The notes: generated by a model not told the origin, from the sequence alone. Numbered from the stretch's first letter, positions 32,884 through 43,328 are shown. The stretch: 60,008 nt of DNA from an uncultured Ignatzschineria sp. (GCA_964586665.1 CAZPIQ010000001.1:1-60008), one strand, 5' to 3'. Numbers and translations: made by a program.

Positions 32884-33405
32884 ATGGACGAAATCCATCT
32901 AGATATCAAAAAAATCTTCCGGGATGCTATGGCAACACTCGGTGCGGGCGTTAATGTGATTACCACAAATGGTCCTGCCGGCAAATGCGGCTTAACGGCA
33001 ACAGCTGTTGTTTCTATTACAGATTCTCCTCCGACAATGATGGTATCCATTAATCGCAATAGCGCGACCAATGAAACCTTTAAAGAAAATACGCGCATGG
33101 CTGTAAACATCCTCACGGCCGAACAACAGCTTGTTGCTGAGTATTTTGGAGGCATGCACCCAGTTTCGATGGAAGAGCGCTTTGAAAAATTTGAATTTGC
33201 GGAAGGTCGCGGTGGTTTACCGATCTTAAAAAATGCGATTGCCAATCTCGAAGGCTCCATCGTTGCAACCCATGAAGTAGGAACGCATACGCTGTTCATT
33301 ATTGAACTAGATAATATGCAAATCAAAGAAGATGGCGATGCTTTAATCTACTTTAACCGCGGTTTTCATTCCCTTCCCCGTGAACAAAAAACGCAACCGA
33401 AATAG
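32884..33405 (+). CDS. Flavin reductase (HpaC/RutF family)
   Basis: FRDAMA, GLTATAVVS, GTHTLFI, LIYFNRGF. Confidence 0.88.
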   Translation: MDEIHLDIKKIFRDAMATLGAGVNVITTNGPAGKCGLTATAVVSITDSPPTMMVSINRNSATNETFKENTRMAVNILTAEQQLVAEYFGGMHPVSMEERFEKFEFAEGRGGLPILKNAIANLEGSIVATHEVGTHTLFIIELDNMQIKEDGDALIYFNRGFHSLPREQKTQPK

Positions 33406-33478
33406 TGACCTACTTAAATAGGTCTCCACTCCTAGTTACGTTTTATTCTATTGCTTTACTCAAGTTCAAGAATGCTGT

Positions 33479-34465
33479 TTAATCAGCAATCTTTACGACA
33501 TAACGACCTCGAATCTGACCTGCTATGATCTCTTTTGAGACATCAATCACATCATTAAAATCAATCTGCTCTACTTGCGCACTAATTTCATCACTTTCAA
33601 TCAAACGGCTGAGTAACTCCCACGCTTTGAGACGTTTCTCTTTGGGTGCCATGACGCTATCAACACCGGCAAGCGTAATATCCCTTAAGATAAACGGTGC
33701 CATGTTGCTCGGGAAATCCATCCCTCTTGCCAAACCGCACGCTGCCACAATTCCACCATAATTGAGCTGCGCACAGATATTAACAAGCGGCACAGAACCT
33801 AAGACATCGACAGCCGCTTGGAAACGACTCTTTTGAAGCATTCCACCAGCTTCATAAAATGCACTTGCATCTTCAATTCGATCTGCGCCAACTAAGCGGA
33901 AAAAGGTCTCTTCTTCTACTTTTGAAGTAAGCGCTGCAACTTTAAAGCCAAGCTTTGAAAGTAACATAATCGCGACCATTCCAACGCCACCTGTTGCACC
34001 TGATACTAAAATTTCGCCGCCATCAGCTGTTATGCCGTGATCGAGTAGACGATTCACACAAAGCGCTGCCGTATAACCAGCCGTACCAAACGCCATCACA
34101 TCAAAAGTAGAGTAATTTTCCGGCACTTTAAGAAGCTGCTCGCCCTTCACATAAGCAAGCTCACTTAATCCACCATAATGCGTCTCGCTTAGGCCTAATC
34201 CATTCATAAATACCCTATCGCCGGGTTTAAGATTCGGATCACTTGTCTCAATCACTTCGCCGGAAAAATCAATGCCGGGAATCATCGGAAAACGACGAGC
34301 AATTTTACCGGCATTTGTAATTGCTAGGGCATCTTTATAGTTTAAGGTGGAATGGTGAATCTTTACGAGGGTATCTCCCTCCTCTTGCTTCAAAACATCT
34401 TGCGAAATACTTTCCACTTGGCAACTAAAAGCCGGATTATTTTGTAAATAAAGTGCTTTAAACAT
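33479..34465 (-). CDS. acuI: Acryloyl-CoA reductase YhdH/AcuI family MDR oxidoreductase
   Basis: LNYKDALA, IPGIDF, GTAGYTA, GATGGVG, PFILR...GVDSV. Confidence 0.85.
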   Translation of the reverse strand: MFKALYLQNNPAFSCQVESISQDVLKQEEGDTLVKIHHSTLNYKDALAITNAGKIARRFPMIPGIDFSGEVIETSDPNLKPGDRVFMNGLGLSETHYGGLSELAYVKGEQLLKVPENYSTFDVMAFGTAGYTAALCVNRLLDHGITADGGEILVSGATGGVGMVAIMLLSKLGFKVAALTSKVEEETFFRLVGADRIEDASAFYEAGGMLQKSRFQAAVDVLGSVPLVNICAQLNYGGIVAACGLARGMDFPSNMAPFILRDITLAGVDSVMAPKEKRLKAWELLSRLIESDEISAQVEQIDFNDVIDVSKEIIAGQIRGRYVVKIAD

Positions 34466-34903
34466 CGTGACTCCCTTAATTTTATAACAACTAATTCTTG
34501 AGAATAACACTGATCATTTTGGATTGTAAACACTGATCTTAAAGTCGTTTTTGAAAAAATTGACACTTTAAGGGTTAATATTATCAATAACCTGAAATCG
34601 ACATCGATCATATCTTATTTTCACAAAAATTAATAAGGAGTATAATGTTCGATTGCTAATTTTTGAACTTAGATCAAGTCCATTCACTAAAATAACTTTG
34701 AATGCTGTCACGATATTGTAATTGTCCTACATATCCTAACAGCCTTTAAAATTATCCTTGTTGATCCACGACAATTATTGATCTTCATTTCTAACAAGGT
34801 CATTCTCTTATTTCTTATAAGGGTTGGCCTTCATAATTTAAAGAGACATACAAATCTGCACCTTTCATGAACAGGTTTTAGTCTCTGTTATTAGGAGTTT
34901 TTA

Positions 34904-36823
34904 ATGAGTATTACTCGTCGAGATTTTCTCAATGGCATCGCTTTAACAATTGCTGCTGGTGCAACACCATTAGCGCAATTAGCTTTTGCCTCTGACTATA
35001 CAAAATCGATGATTTTAGGTAGCGATAATATTGGCCCTGATTATTACCCACCGAAATTAACGGGTATTCGTGGTAGCCATGATGGCTCTTTTGAGGCATC
35101 TCATTTCTTAGGTCGCGCCAATGGTCAATTTACACTGCCAACGGAGGTTGAAGAGAATTATGACCTTATCATCGTCGGTGGGGGCATTAGCGGTTTAACA
35201 GCGGTACTTCTCTATCAAGAGAAATTTGGCACCGATAAAAAAATCCTGATTCTTGAAAATCATGATGACTTTGGCGGTCATGCAAAACGTAATGAGTTCA
35301 CAACAGATCAAGGTACGCTAATCACTTATGGGGGGAGTGAGTCTTTACAATCTCCACGTTCGGACTATAGTGAAAATGCGATGAAGCTTATTAATAGTCT
35401 CGGGGTTGAGCTTGATAATCTCGAATCGCACTTTGATGTTGGCTACTACACAAAAAAAGGTTTAAGCAAAGGCGTCTTCTTTGATAAAGAACACTTCGGC
35501 GTGAATAAAATTGTCGGCGGTGATCCTGGTCGCGGTCCTGCTTATGATATTCCTGTTGGGCAAGAAAATGGTCGCCCTATTGCTGACTTCATCAATGATT
35601 TCCCGATGAGCGAAACTGATCGTCAAGCATTAATCGAACTCCATGAAGAGAAGATTGATTACCTTGCGGACATGACACTTGAAGAGAAAGAAGCATACTT
35701 AGATAGTCATAGCTATTCGACATTCCTTCGCGATAAAGTAAAACTCTCTGATCAAGCAGTACTCTTCTTCCAGCAGATGCCACATGACTTTATGGCATCT
35801 GGGATTGATGCAATGAGTGTTTCTGATGCAAGAGCATGTGATCTACCTGGTTTTAAACCAATGGGCCTACCCCCACTTGATGAGCATAGCCAAGCAGTTT
35901 TAGATGATCTCTATATTCATCACTTCCCAGATGGTAATGCATCATTAACGCGCCTTATGGTTCGTAAGTTAATTCCAAGCGTTGCACCTGGCAACACTAT
36001 GGAAGATGTAGTGCTTGCAAAATTTGATTACACACAACTTGATCGCCCTGAACATAATGTCCGTATTCGTCTTAATTCAACCGCTGTAAATGTTGAAAAC
36101 CTCGAAAATGGTCAGGGAACATCTGTTGTTTATCTGCAAGATGGAAAAACCCACCGCATTAATAGCCAGCAAACCATCATGGCATGCTATAACATGATGA
36201 TTCCTTACATTGTGCCGACAATGCCGGAAGATCAGAAGATGGCACTTCGTCATAATGTGAAATTCCCACTTGTCTATACTAAAGTTGCGCTGAAAAATTG
36301 GAAGCCCTTCAAAGAGAGTGGCGTTCATTTAGTGTATAGCCCAAGTGCACCTTATAGTACTGTAAAATTGAACTACCCTGTCTCAATGGGCGGTTATGAA
36401 TTTGCCAAAGATGAGAATGATCCAGTTGTAGCACATATGATTTATGTACCGACGATGGCAGATTCAAGTCTTCCACCGGCAAAACAAGCTGCAATGGGGC
36501 GTGCAAACCTTCTAGGGATGACCTTTGATGCGCATGAAAAAATGGTGCGTGACCAATTAGAAGCGATGTTTGGTGAATATGGATTTACGCAAGATGATAT
36601 CCTCGGTATTACCGTTAATCGTTGGTCTCATGGCTATGCATACTACCCATCAACCCTGTTTGATGATGCTGAATACTTTGAGACGGCAATGACCATTGCT
36701 AATAAACCATTTGGCAATATCTATATTGCTAACTCAGACTCAGAATGGTCAGCATATGCCCACTCTGCAATGGACGCAGCATTTAGAACGATTGATGAGA
36801 TCACAGAGAAGGAGAACGCATAA
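34904..36823 (+). CDS. Tat-exported FAD-dependent oxidoreductase, spermidine dehydrogenase (SpdH)-like
   Basis: Tat motif TRRDFL; YYPPKLTGIRGSH; IVGGGISG FAD site; ENHDDFGGHAKRNEF; NRWSHGYAY, all as recalled for Pseudomonas SpdH. Confidence 0.82.
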   Translation: MSITRRDFLNGIALTIAAGATPLAQLAFASDYTKSMILGSDNIGPDYYPPKLTGIRGSHDGSFEASHFLGRANGQFTLPTEVEENYDLIIVGGGISGLTAVLLYQEKFGTDKKILILENHDDFGGHAKRNEFTTDQGTLITYGGSESLQSPRSDYSENAMKLINSLGVELDNLESHFDVGYYTKKGLSKGVFFDKEHFGVNKIVGGDPGRGPAYDIPVGQENGRPIADFINDFPMSETDRQALIELHEEKIDYLADMTLEEKEAYLDSHSYSTFLRDKVKLSDQAVLFFQQMPHDFMASGIDAMSVSDARACDLPGFKPMGLPPLDEHSQAVLDDLYIHHFPDGNASLTRLMVRKLIPSVAPGNTMEDVVLAKFDYTQLDRPEHNVRIRLNSTAVNVENLENGQGTSVVYLQDGKTHRINSQQTIMACYNMMIPYIVPTMPEDQKMALRHNVKFPLVYTKVALKNWKPFKESGVHLVYSPSAPYSTVKLNYPVSMGGYEFAKDENDPVVAHMIYVPTMADSSLPPAKQAAMGRANLLGMTFDAHEKMVRDQLEAMFGEYGFTQDDILGITVNRWSHGYAYYPSTLFDDAEYFETAMTIANKPFGNIYIANSDSEWSAYAHSAMDAAFRTIDEITEKENA

Positions 36824-38175
36824 TGAAAACAACAATGACTCAACTTGCGCTCACTAGTAAAACATTACTCAAAGCCAGCGCATTAAGCCTTTTCTTGACA
36901 CCGATGGCGCTATTTGCCGATAGCAGTGATCCTACGCAAACAATGAGCCGCGGTGAGTATCTATCCCATGCCGGCGACTGTATGGCATGTCATACTGGTA
37001 CTCCGGATAAACCGTATGCCGGCGGTCACGGTCTTGCTTCCCCGCTTGGCACAATCTATGCCACCAATATTACGCCGGATAAAACCTATGGGATTGGGAA
37101 CTACACGTTAGAGGATTTTGATAAAGCCGTTCGCGACGGGATCTCTAAGAATCATGGCCCGCTCTACCCGGCAATGCCTTTCGTCTCTTATGCAAAAATG
37201 AGCGATGAAGATATTGCTTCGCTCTATGAGTATTTCATGACAGAAGTTGAACCGATTGCGGAACCGAATCTGCCAACGGATATCGAATGGCCTTTGAATA
37301 TGCGTTTCCCGCTTTATGGTTGGAATGCATTGATTGCTGATAAAACTGCGTTTGAGCCCAATTCTTCTAAAAGTGAAGAGTGGAATCGCGGTGCTTACCT
37401 CGTACAAGGCGCAGCACACTGCGGAACCTGTCATACGCCACGAGATATCACACTCGCAGAAAAAGGCACGACTGAAGCAAGCGATCAATTCTTAACTGGC
37501 GCACAACTAGGAGGCTGGTTTGCACCAGGTCTTCGTAATATCTCTATGAGTGATGAAGAACTCTTTACACTCTTAAAAGAGGGTAAAAATACGACGCACG
37601 CTTTCGCAGGACCAATGGCGGATGTTACAAGCTATAGTTTACGCCATTTAACCGATAGTGATATTCAGAGCATGATCGTTTATCTTCGTGATATCGAGCT
37701 TCCTGTAGCGCCTGTGGCTAAAATTGGTGAATCATTCAATCCTAAAACGGAAGGCTATGTTCTCTACCAAGATTTCTGCTCAACTTGTCATGGTGCTAAT
37801 GGTGAGGGTGTCACTTCTGTCGCACCAACCCTACGTGATCGGGGAAATGGTGAGGTTGGTCGTTCTCTTAATATCGCCAATGCAATGCTCTCTGGGGCTG
37901 AAACGGCGCACCGTGAAGATCGTATCGCCTACAGCATGCCAAGCTATAAAGAGACCTTAACACCGGATCAAATGGCGGATATCGTTAATTTTGTCATGAA
38001 TAACAAGGAGTGGAATAATCATAATCCACTGATTACAGGGGAAGAGATTGTTAAACTTGAAAATAGCGCACCCATTATTCGTGGTAGCTGGGTTCTTGGC
38101 GCAGGCACGATCGTGATCCTTCTCATTGCTGGATTCATCATTAGACGCATTAGAAAGACCCATAAAGCAAGTTAA
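36823..38175 (+). CDS. Triheme cytochrome c (gluconate/alcohol dehydrogenase cytochrome subunit family) with C-terminal membrane anchor
   Basis: CMACH, CGTCH, CSTCH; NITPD...GIG, LYPAMP; Sec signal; C-terminal TM + RRIRK; TAATG overlap with flavoprotein. Confidence 0.9.
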   Translation: MKTTMTQLALTSKTLLKASALSLFLTPMALFADSSDPTQTMSRGEYLSHAGDCMACHTGTPDKPYAGGHGLASPLGTIYATNITPDKTYGIGNYTLEDFDKAVRDGISKNHGPLYPAMPFVSYAKMSDEDIASLYEYFMTEVEPIAEPNLPTDIEWPLNMRFPLYGWNALIADKTAFEPNSSKSEEWNRGAYLVQGAAHCGTCHTPRDITLAEKGTTEASDQFLTGAQLGGWFAPGLRNISMSDEELFTLLKEGKNTTHAFAGPMADVTSYSLRHLTDSDIQSMIVYLRDIELPVAPVAKIGESFNPKTEGYVLYQDFCSTCHGANGEGVTSVAPTLRDRGNGEVGRSLNIANAMLSGAETAHREDRIAYSMPSYKETLTPDQMADIVNFVMNNKEWNNHNPLITGEEIVKLENSAPIIRGSWVLGAGTIVILLIAGFIIRRIRKTHKAS

Positions 38176-38207
38176 TCAACTTCATTTTCACATTCAATAT
38201 GAAAAGT

Positions 38208-38239
38208 CAGAGCACTCTCAATGGGAGTGCTCTTTTTTT
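38208..38239 (+). terminator. Terminator of flavoprotein-cytochrome operon
   Basis: AGAGCACTCTCA/TGGGAGTGCTCT + T7. Confidence 0.75.
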
Positions 38240-38302
38240 GCTCTCTCTTTTTAATTCCTTTTTAATTCCTTTTTAATCTCTTTTATACTCAAAATAAAGC
38301 AT

Positions 38303-38440
38303 AAAAAAAACTGATTCTAACGAATACGTTAAAACCAGTTCAAATAGCTAGACTTCATTTTTCAGATAGGGGAATGGAGTAAAATCTATCTGAAAACTTC
38401 AAAGTCCGTACTAGGGAATAGATTCAAGTCTAGCAATTGA
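38303..38440 (-). ncRNA. Candidate structured small RNA with intrinsic terminator
   Basis: Outer stem 38347-55/38426-34, perfect 11-bp inner stem 38359-69/38386-96, G-U-containing terminator 38309-38340 with U-run on minus strand. Confidence 0.45.
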
Positions 38441-38629
38441 GCGTTATCCCTGTATTGATATAGAGCAAGTTTTCAATAGAAGATTTCTAATGAATCCAAA
38501 AATATCTTTAAAATCACATAATTAAATTCACAAAATATTCATAAAACATCCATAAAATACAAAACAATCCCAGTACTGACTTATAAAAATATATATTTAT
38601 AATACATAGTGATACTACACATATTGATA

Positions 38630-40876
38630 CTACATAACCGTTAGATTTGCATAACTCAATACCAGCACTTTACGCCCTGCTTTACCAAACTCTACAATAA
38701 CCCTTGTACTTGCCCCAACGCCTTCAAATCCTTGAATAACACCATCCCCAAATTTAGGATGTGAAACAAATTGTCCAATTTTATAGCCATCAATATTATC
38801 ATCTACAGCGACTTTGCGCGTTGAGGTCATGCCTTTTGTACCAAAGCCACCGTAGTTACTGCTAGATGTTCCATAACCGCCTAACGTCTGCCTGATTTCA
38901 ACCGCAGGACCAATGGCTTGAATCAGATGTGAAGGAATATCTCTTAAGAAGCGAGAAGGTGGCATATGAAGAGTTTTACCATAGATCATGCGTTGCTCTG
39001 CACCTAACATATAGAGAAGCTTCTCTGCACGGGTGATCCCTACATAAGCAAGACGGCGCTCTTCTTCAATACGCCCGGCTTCCTGAATCGCCGCATCACT
39101 TGGGAACATCCCATCTTCCATTCCCACTAAAAACACAATCGGGAATTCAAGCCCTTTTGAGGCATGAAGTGTCATGAGCTGAATCGAATCCTCGTCCGCT
39201 TCTGCCTGTGCTTCACTTGAATCAAGCGATGTTTGCCCCATAAAGGCATCAAGTTGCTCTTTTGTCGTGAGAGATTTTACATCAACCATCTCTTCTGTGA
39301 AAGCAAGCTCAATCTGATCGCTCATCATAAAATATTCAGCTGCCGTGATGAGCTCGTTCAAGTTATCAATACGATCTTCACCGCGATTAAGGGGTTCTTT
39401 CTTGTACTGTACTTTCAAGCCACTCGCTTCAATCGCATAGCCGAAGAACTCATCAAGCTTCATCGTCTCCACTTTCTGCATAAGATCAATCATCTGCTCG
39501 TAATATGCAAGTAATACGTTATGTGCTCTTGTCGTGAGCTGTTGACTCTCAAGTAGCATCTGCATTGAATCCCAGAGTGAAACTCGATTATGCGCGGCAT
39601 ATTCCCGAATCATCTCAATCGTTGCTTGCCCAATGCCCTTCGGCGGTGTTGTCATACTGCGTTCAAGTGATACATCATCTTGTGGATTCACGACCATACG
39701 AAGATAAGACATAATATCTTTAATCTCAGCCCGGTCGAAGAAGCGAAGCCCGCCATAGACACGATACGGGATCTGCGCACGTAGAAGAAGCTCTTCAAAA
39801 AGACGAGATTGTGCATTTGAACGATAGAGAATCGCGATATCTGACTTTTTATAATCTTCTTTCAGCTTCTCTTTAATCGTCTCTACCACAAAGCGCGCCT
39901 CATCATAACCATCTGTACCGCGATAAGCGATAATAGGCTGTTCTGATTCATTTTCTGTCCAAAGACGCTTATCAAGACGATCGCTATTTTTCTCTATCAC
40001 AAAGTTCGCAGCTTCTAAAATCGCTTTAGTTGAACGATAGTTTTGCTCAAGACGAACCGTTGTCACATCTTCAAAATGCTCATCAAAATGGAGAATATTC
40101 TCAATCTTCGCCCCGCGCCAGCCGTAGATCGACTGATCATCATCGCCCACCACAAAGAGATTATGATGTTTACCGGCAAGTAGCTGAAGCCATGCATACT
40201 GAACGCTATTGGTATCTTGAAACTCATCCACGAGGATAAACTTAAAGCGCTCTTGGTAATGTTTTAAGATGGCACTATTAGTTCTAAGTAACTCAACGGT
40301 GCGAAGGAGAATCTCGGAAAAATCCACTAAGCCTGATTGATCGCAGAGCGCTTGATAATCTTTATAAAGCAGAATCAGATTCTGCGTAAAAGCATCATTA
40401 TAAGATTCAATATGCTGTGCGCGTCGCCCTTCCTCTTTATTGCCGTTAATAAAAGAGGCAAGGATTTTAGGCTGATAGAGCTTTTCATCAAGCTCACGCG
40501 CCCGAATCACACGTCTACAGAGACGCGTCTGATCATCACTATCTAAAATCTGAAAATTCTCGACAAGCCCTGCTTCTTTATAATGGGTTCTCAGCATTCG
40601 ATGACAGAGTGAGTGGAAAGTTCCAATCCACATGCCACGCACAGAGAATTTCAGCGTATCTTCTAAACGTGTACGCATCTCAAATGCCGCTTTATTGGTA
40701 AAGGTCACGGCTAAAATGCCATAAGATTCTGACTGTTCAGTTTCTAATAACCAAGCGATCCTAGAAATAAGCACTCGCGTCTTACCAGATCCTGCCCCTG
40801 CTAACACACGCACAGGACCAATCGGGGCTGTGACTGCTTCATATTGACTCTTGTTTAATTTTTCTAAATAACTCAT
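38630..40876 (-). CDS. uvrD: DNA helicase II
   Basis: AGAGSGKT, VDEFQD, GDDDQSIYGWRG, TLHASKGLEF, EERRLAYVGITRA, C-terminal HPKFGDG. Confidence 0.96.
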   Translation of the reverse strand: MSYLEKLNKSQYEAVTAPIGPVRVLAGAGSGKTRVLISRIAWLLETEQSESYGILAVTFTNKAAFEMRTRLEDTLKFSVRGMWIGTFHSLCHRMLRTHYKEAGLVENFQILDSDDQTRLCRRVIRARELDEKLYQPKILASFINGNKEEGRRAQHIESYNDAFTQNLILLYKDYQALCDQSGLVDFSEILLRTVELLRTNSAILKHYQERFKFILVDEFQDTNSVQYAWLQLLAGKHHNLFVVGDDDQSIYGWRGAKIENILHFDEHFEDVTTVRLEQNYRSTKAILEAANFVIEKNSDRLDKRLWTENESEQPIIAYRGTDGYDEARFVVETIKEKLKEDYKKSDIAILYRSNAQSRLFEELLLRAQIPYRVYGGLRFFDRAEIKDIMSYLRMVVNPQDDVSLERSMTTPPKGIGQATIEMIREYAAHNRVSLWDSMQMLLESQQLTTRAHNVLLAYYEQMIDLMQKVETMKLDEFFGYAIEASGLKVQYKKEPLNRGEDRIDNLNELITAAEYFMMSDQIELAFTEEMVDVKSLTTKEQLDAFMGQTSLDSSEAQAEADEDSIQLMTLHASKGLEFPIVFLVGMEDGMFPSDAAIQEAGRIEEERRLAYVGITRAEKLLYMLGAEQRMIYGKTLHMPPSRFLRDIPSHLIQAIGPAVEIRQTLGGYGTSSSNYGGFGTKGMTSTRKVAVDDNIDGYKIGQFVSHPKFGDGVIQGFEGVGASTRVIVEFGKAGRKVLVLSYANLTVM

Positions 40877-41046
40877 TTATCTTGCCGGAAATTTCTATCG
40901 TGATATAAAGAGAGGTAGGCATGAATTAACGGATGTAATCACACCTATAATAAAATTGAATAGGTTTTTCGCTACATTGATTAGCTAGAAACCACTATAA
41001 TAGAGAGCGATTATACCTTTTATTGACTTCGAATGAGATAGGAAAA

Positions 41047-41559
41047 ATGATTGATACAAAAAAACCAACGCGCGAGCTGAGTATGACGGTTCTCATGACG
41101 CCGGATATGGTCAACTTTTCAGGCAATATTCACGGCGGTAATATCCTAAAGTTATTAGACCAAGTCGCATATGCATGTGCAAGCCAATACGCTGGTAGCT
41201 ATGTCGTAACCCTCTCGGTTGATAAGGTCGTCTTCAAACAACCGATTTACGTCCAAGAACTCGTAACCTTCCACGCAAACGTAAACTACGTCGGTCGTAC
41301 CTCTATGGAGATCGGAGTACGTGTTGAAGCTAAAAATATTAAAACCCGTGAAGTACGCCACACAAATAGTTGCTACTTCACAATGGTCGCAATCAACGAC
41401 AATGGCAAACCAACGCCAGTTCCACAATTAGAGATCCGTAACCGTACTGATCAACGTCGTTTTGATAACGCAGTTCTTCGTCTTAATTCACGTCTTGCAT
41501 TCGATAAAGCACAGATTAAAGATGAAGAAGAAGATGAGAACGCGAACTTTCATCAATAA
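41047..41559 (+). CDS. Acyl-CoA thioesterase (hotdog, YciA-like)
   Basis: NFSGNIHGG, VGRTSMEIG, FTMVA. Confidence 0.88.
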   Translation: MIDTKKPTRELSMTVLMTPDMVNFSGNIHGGNILKLLDQVAYACASQYAGSYVVTLSVDKVVFKQPIYVQELVTFHANVNYVGRTSMEIGVRVEAKNIKTREVRHTNSCYFTMVAINDNGKPTPVPQLEIRNRTDQRRFDNAVLRLNSRLAFDKAQIKDEEEDENANFHQ

Positions 41560-41647
41560 TCACTGATTAAGCGATTGCAACGAATGAAACTTCAAAATCG
41601 GCATCGGCAACATTAGTTGAATATTGAGTTTTACAAATTATCGAATA

Positions 41648-41682
41648 CAAAAAATGCTCAATTTATTAATTGAGCATTTTTT
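41648..41682. terminator. Bidirectional terminator between thioesterase and epmA
   Basis: AAAAAATGCTCAATT...AATTGAGCATTTTT. Confidence 0.75.
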
Positions 41683-41786
41683 ATTAAACCTACCTCATTG
41701 ATTGACGACAATCAGCCGACTTCAGCGCTTCTATTCAAAAATAGAAATTTAATCTCAATAGATCAATTGCCATTTATGATTTTCTA

Positions 41787-42770
41787 TCATGCCTTCTCAA
41801 ACCCATAAATAATCACATCTTCAATTTCTCTAGTATTTTCCATCGCCATCATCAAACGATCAACGCCGAGGGCGACGCCACTACAAAATGGAACGTTATC
41901 AAGGACTTCTAGCATCAGTTCATCAATCGGGACTGCTTCGTAGCCTATCTCGCTTCGCGTAATATTTTCAGCCATAAAACGCGCTCTCTGCTCTTTGCTA
42001 TTTGTAAGCTCTTCATAGCCGTTTGCAAGCTCTAGACCTTTCCAATAAGCTTCAAATCGCTTTCCGACGCTATAACCATCGATTTCAACGATTTTAGAGA
42101 GTGAAGCTTGGCTTGCCGGGTAATGATATAACAGCGTGATTTTCTCAGGATTAAATGCCGGCTCTATTAAGTGAGAGACAATCAGATCAAGCGCCTCATC
42201 TTTATCGCGAAGCGTAAATGTCAGCTCAATCCCTCGATCAATAATGATTTGATTAAGTGCCGGTAGATCAAGCTCAAAGGGATTAATGCTGAGGATTTTT
42301 TGGAAGGCTTCTAAATAACTAAATCGCTCAATGGCAAGCGGTTTCTTTGTCACATGATGAATCAGTGATACCACTTCATCCATCAGTGTTTCCAAATCAT
42401 ATCCTAAACGGTACCATTCAAGCATCGTAAATTCAGGATTATGCCTAGCGCTAATTTCGCCATCCCTAAAGACTTTACCAAGGTAATAACAAGAACCCGC
42501 ACCTTCTGCGAGCAGACGCTTCATATGATATTCCGGCGAGGTAATGAGGAATGTCTCGGCATTATAGAGCTTGCCTGGACCATTAAAGCGGGATTTGAAA
42601 TTGAGAAGCGCGGGATCAGGGTTACCAAATTGGCTCATAATCGGTGTATCAACTTCTACGACTCGCCCTTCATAGAAATAATCGCGAATCGATCGAAATA
42701 GATCGCCCCTACGCCATAATTTTTCAGATAAACTTCCCTGCGCCATTTCAGTCATCCCCATTTGCTTCAT
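41787..42770 (-). CDS. epmA: EF-P lysine aminoacylase EpmA (GenX/PoxA)
   Basis: TSPEYHMKRLL, HNPEFTMLEWYR, ELANGYEEL, SGVALGVDRL; no anticodon domain; start uncertain. Confidence 0.93.
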   Translation of the reverse strand: MKQMGMTEMAQGSLSEKLWRRGDLFRSIRDYFYEGRVVEVDTPIMSQFGNPDPALLNFKSRFNGPGKLYNAETFLITSPEYHMKRLLAEGAGSCYYLGKVFRDGEISARHNPEFTMLEWYRLGYDLETLMDEVVSLIHHVTKKPLAIERFSYLEAFQKILSINPFELDLPALNQIIIDRGIELTFTLRDKDEALDLIVSHLIEPAFNPEKITLLYHYPASQASLSKIVEIDGYSVGKRFEAYWKGLELANGYEELTNSKEQRARFMAENITRSEIGYEAVPIDELMLEVLDNVPFCSGVALGVDRLMMAMENTREIEDVIIYGFEKA

Positions 42771-43059
42771 TCCTTACTGTTTAAGTTGATCCTCTTGATA
42801 GGATCTTTTAATTATCATTTCCCACGACATCTCTTTGCAACATTCGCTTACTGATTTTTCTACCATATTCTGATATCAGCAGAATAGTGAATGATCGCTT
42901 TCTGCCGGCAATTTTACACTAAATCGCCGGCATTATCATGAGACAGCATCGATTTACAATTAGATTGTATAACTTTTAAAGCCTGAATTTACCGATCGTT
43001 AACCTATCTGAATGAATGATTGAACAGCATTCATTGCGAAATGCTATCACTTACTACTT

Positions 43060-43084
43060 GCAAATAGGAATAATTACTATTACT
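43060..43084. promoter_or_regulatory. Possible Fur box upstream of bfd
   Basis: GCAAATAGGAATAATTACTATTACT: overlapping 11/19 matches; bfd is usually Fur-repressed. Confidence 0.45.
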
Positions 43085-43118
43085 ATGTGAAAAAGTCTCT
43101 CCATAAAAGGAATTAATC

Positions 43119-43328
43119 ATGTACATTTGTCTTTGCAATGGGATCACCGATAAAGCGATCGTAGAAGCTGTGGAAAATGGCATCACGACATTCGAAGCAC
43201 TTCAGATGCATTTAGGCGTTGCAACGGGCTGTGGCTCTTGCGCTGATATTGCAAAGAGCTTACTTCCTGGTGAAGCATCTCCGCATCAACAAAATACCCC
43301 TGTTCCACAGGCGTATGAGTTAAGATAA
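43119..43328 (+). CDS. bfd: Bacterioferritin-associated ferredoxin
   Basis: MYICLCNGITD...TGCGSC [2Fe-2S] motif; AAGGA RBS. Confidence 0.93.
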   Translation: MYICLCNGITDKAIVEAVENGITTFEALQMHLGVATGCGSCADIAKSLLPGEASPHQQNTPVPQAYELR

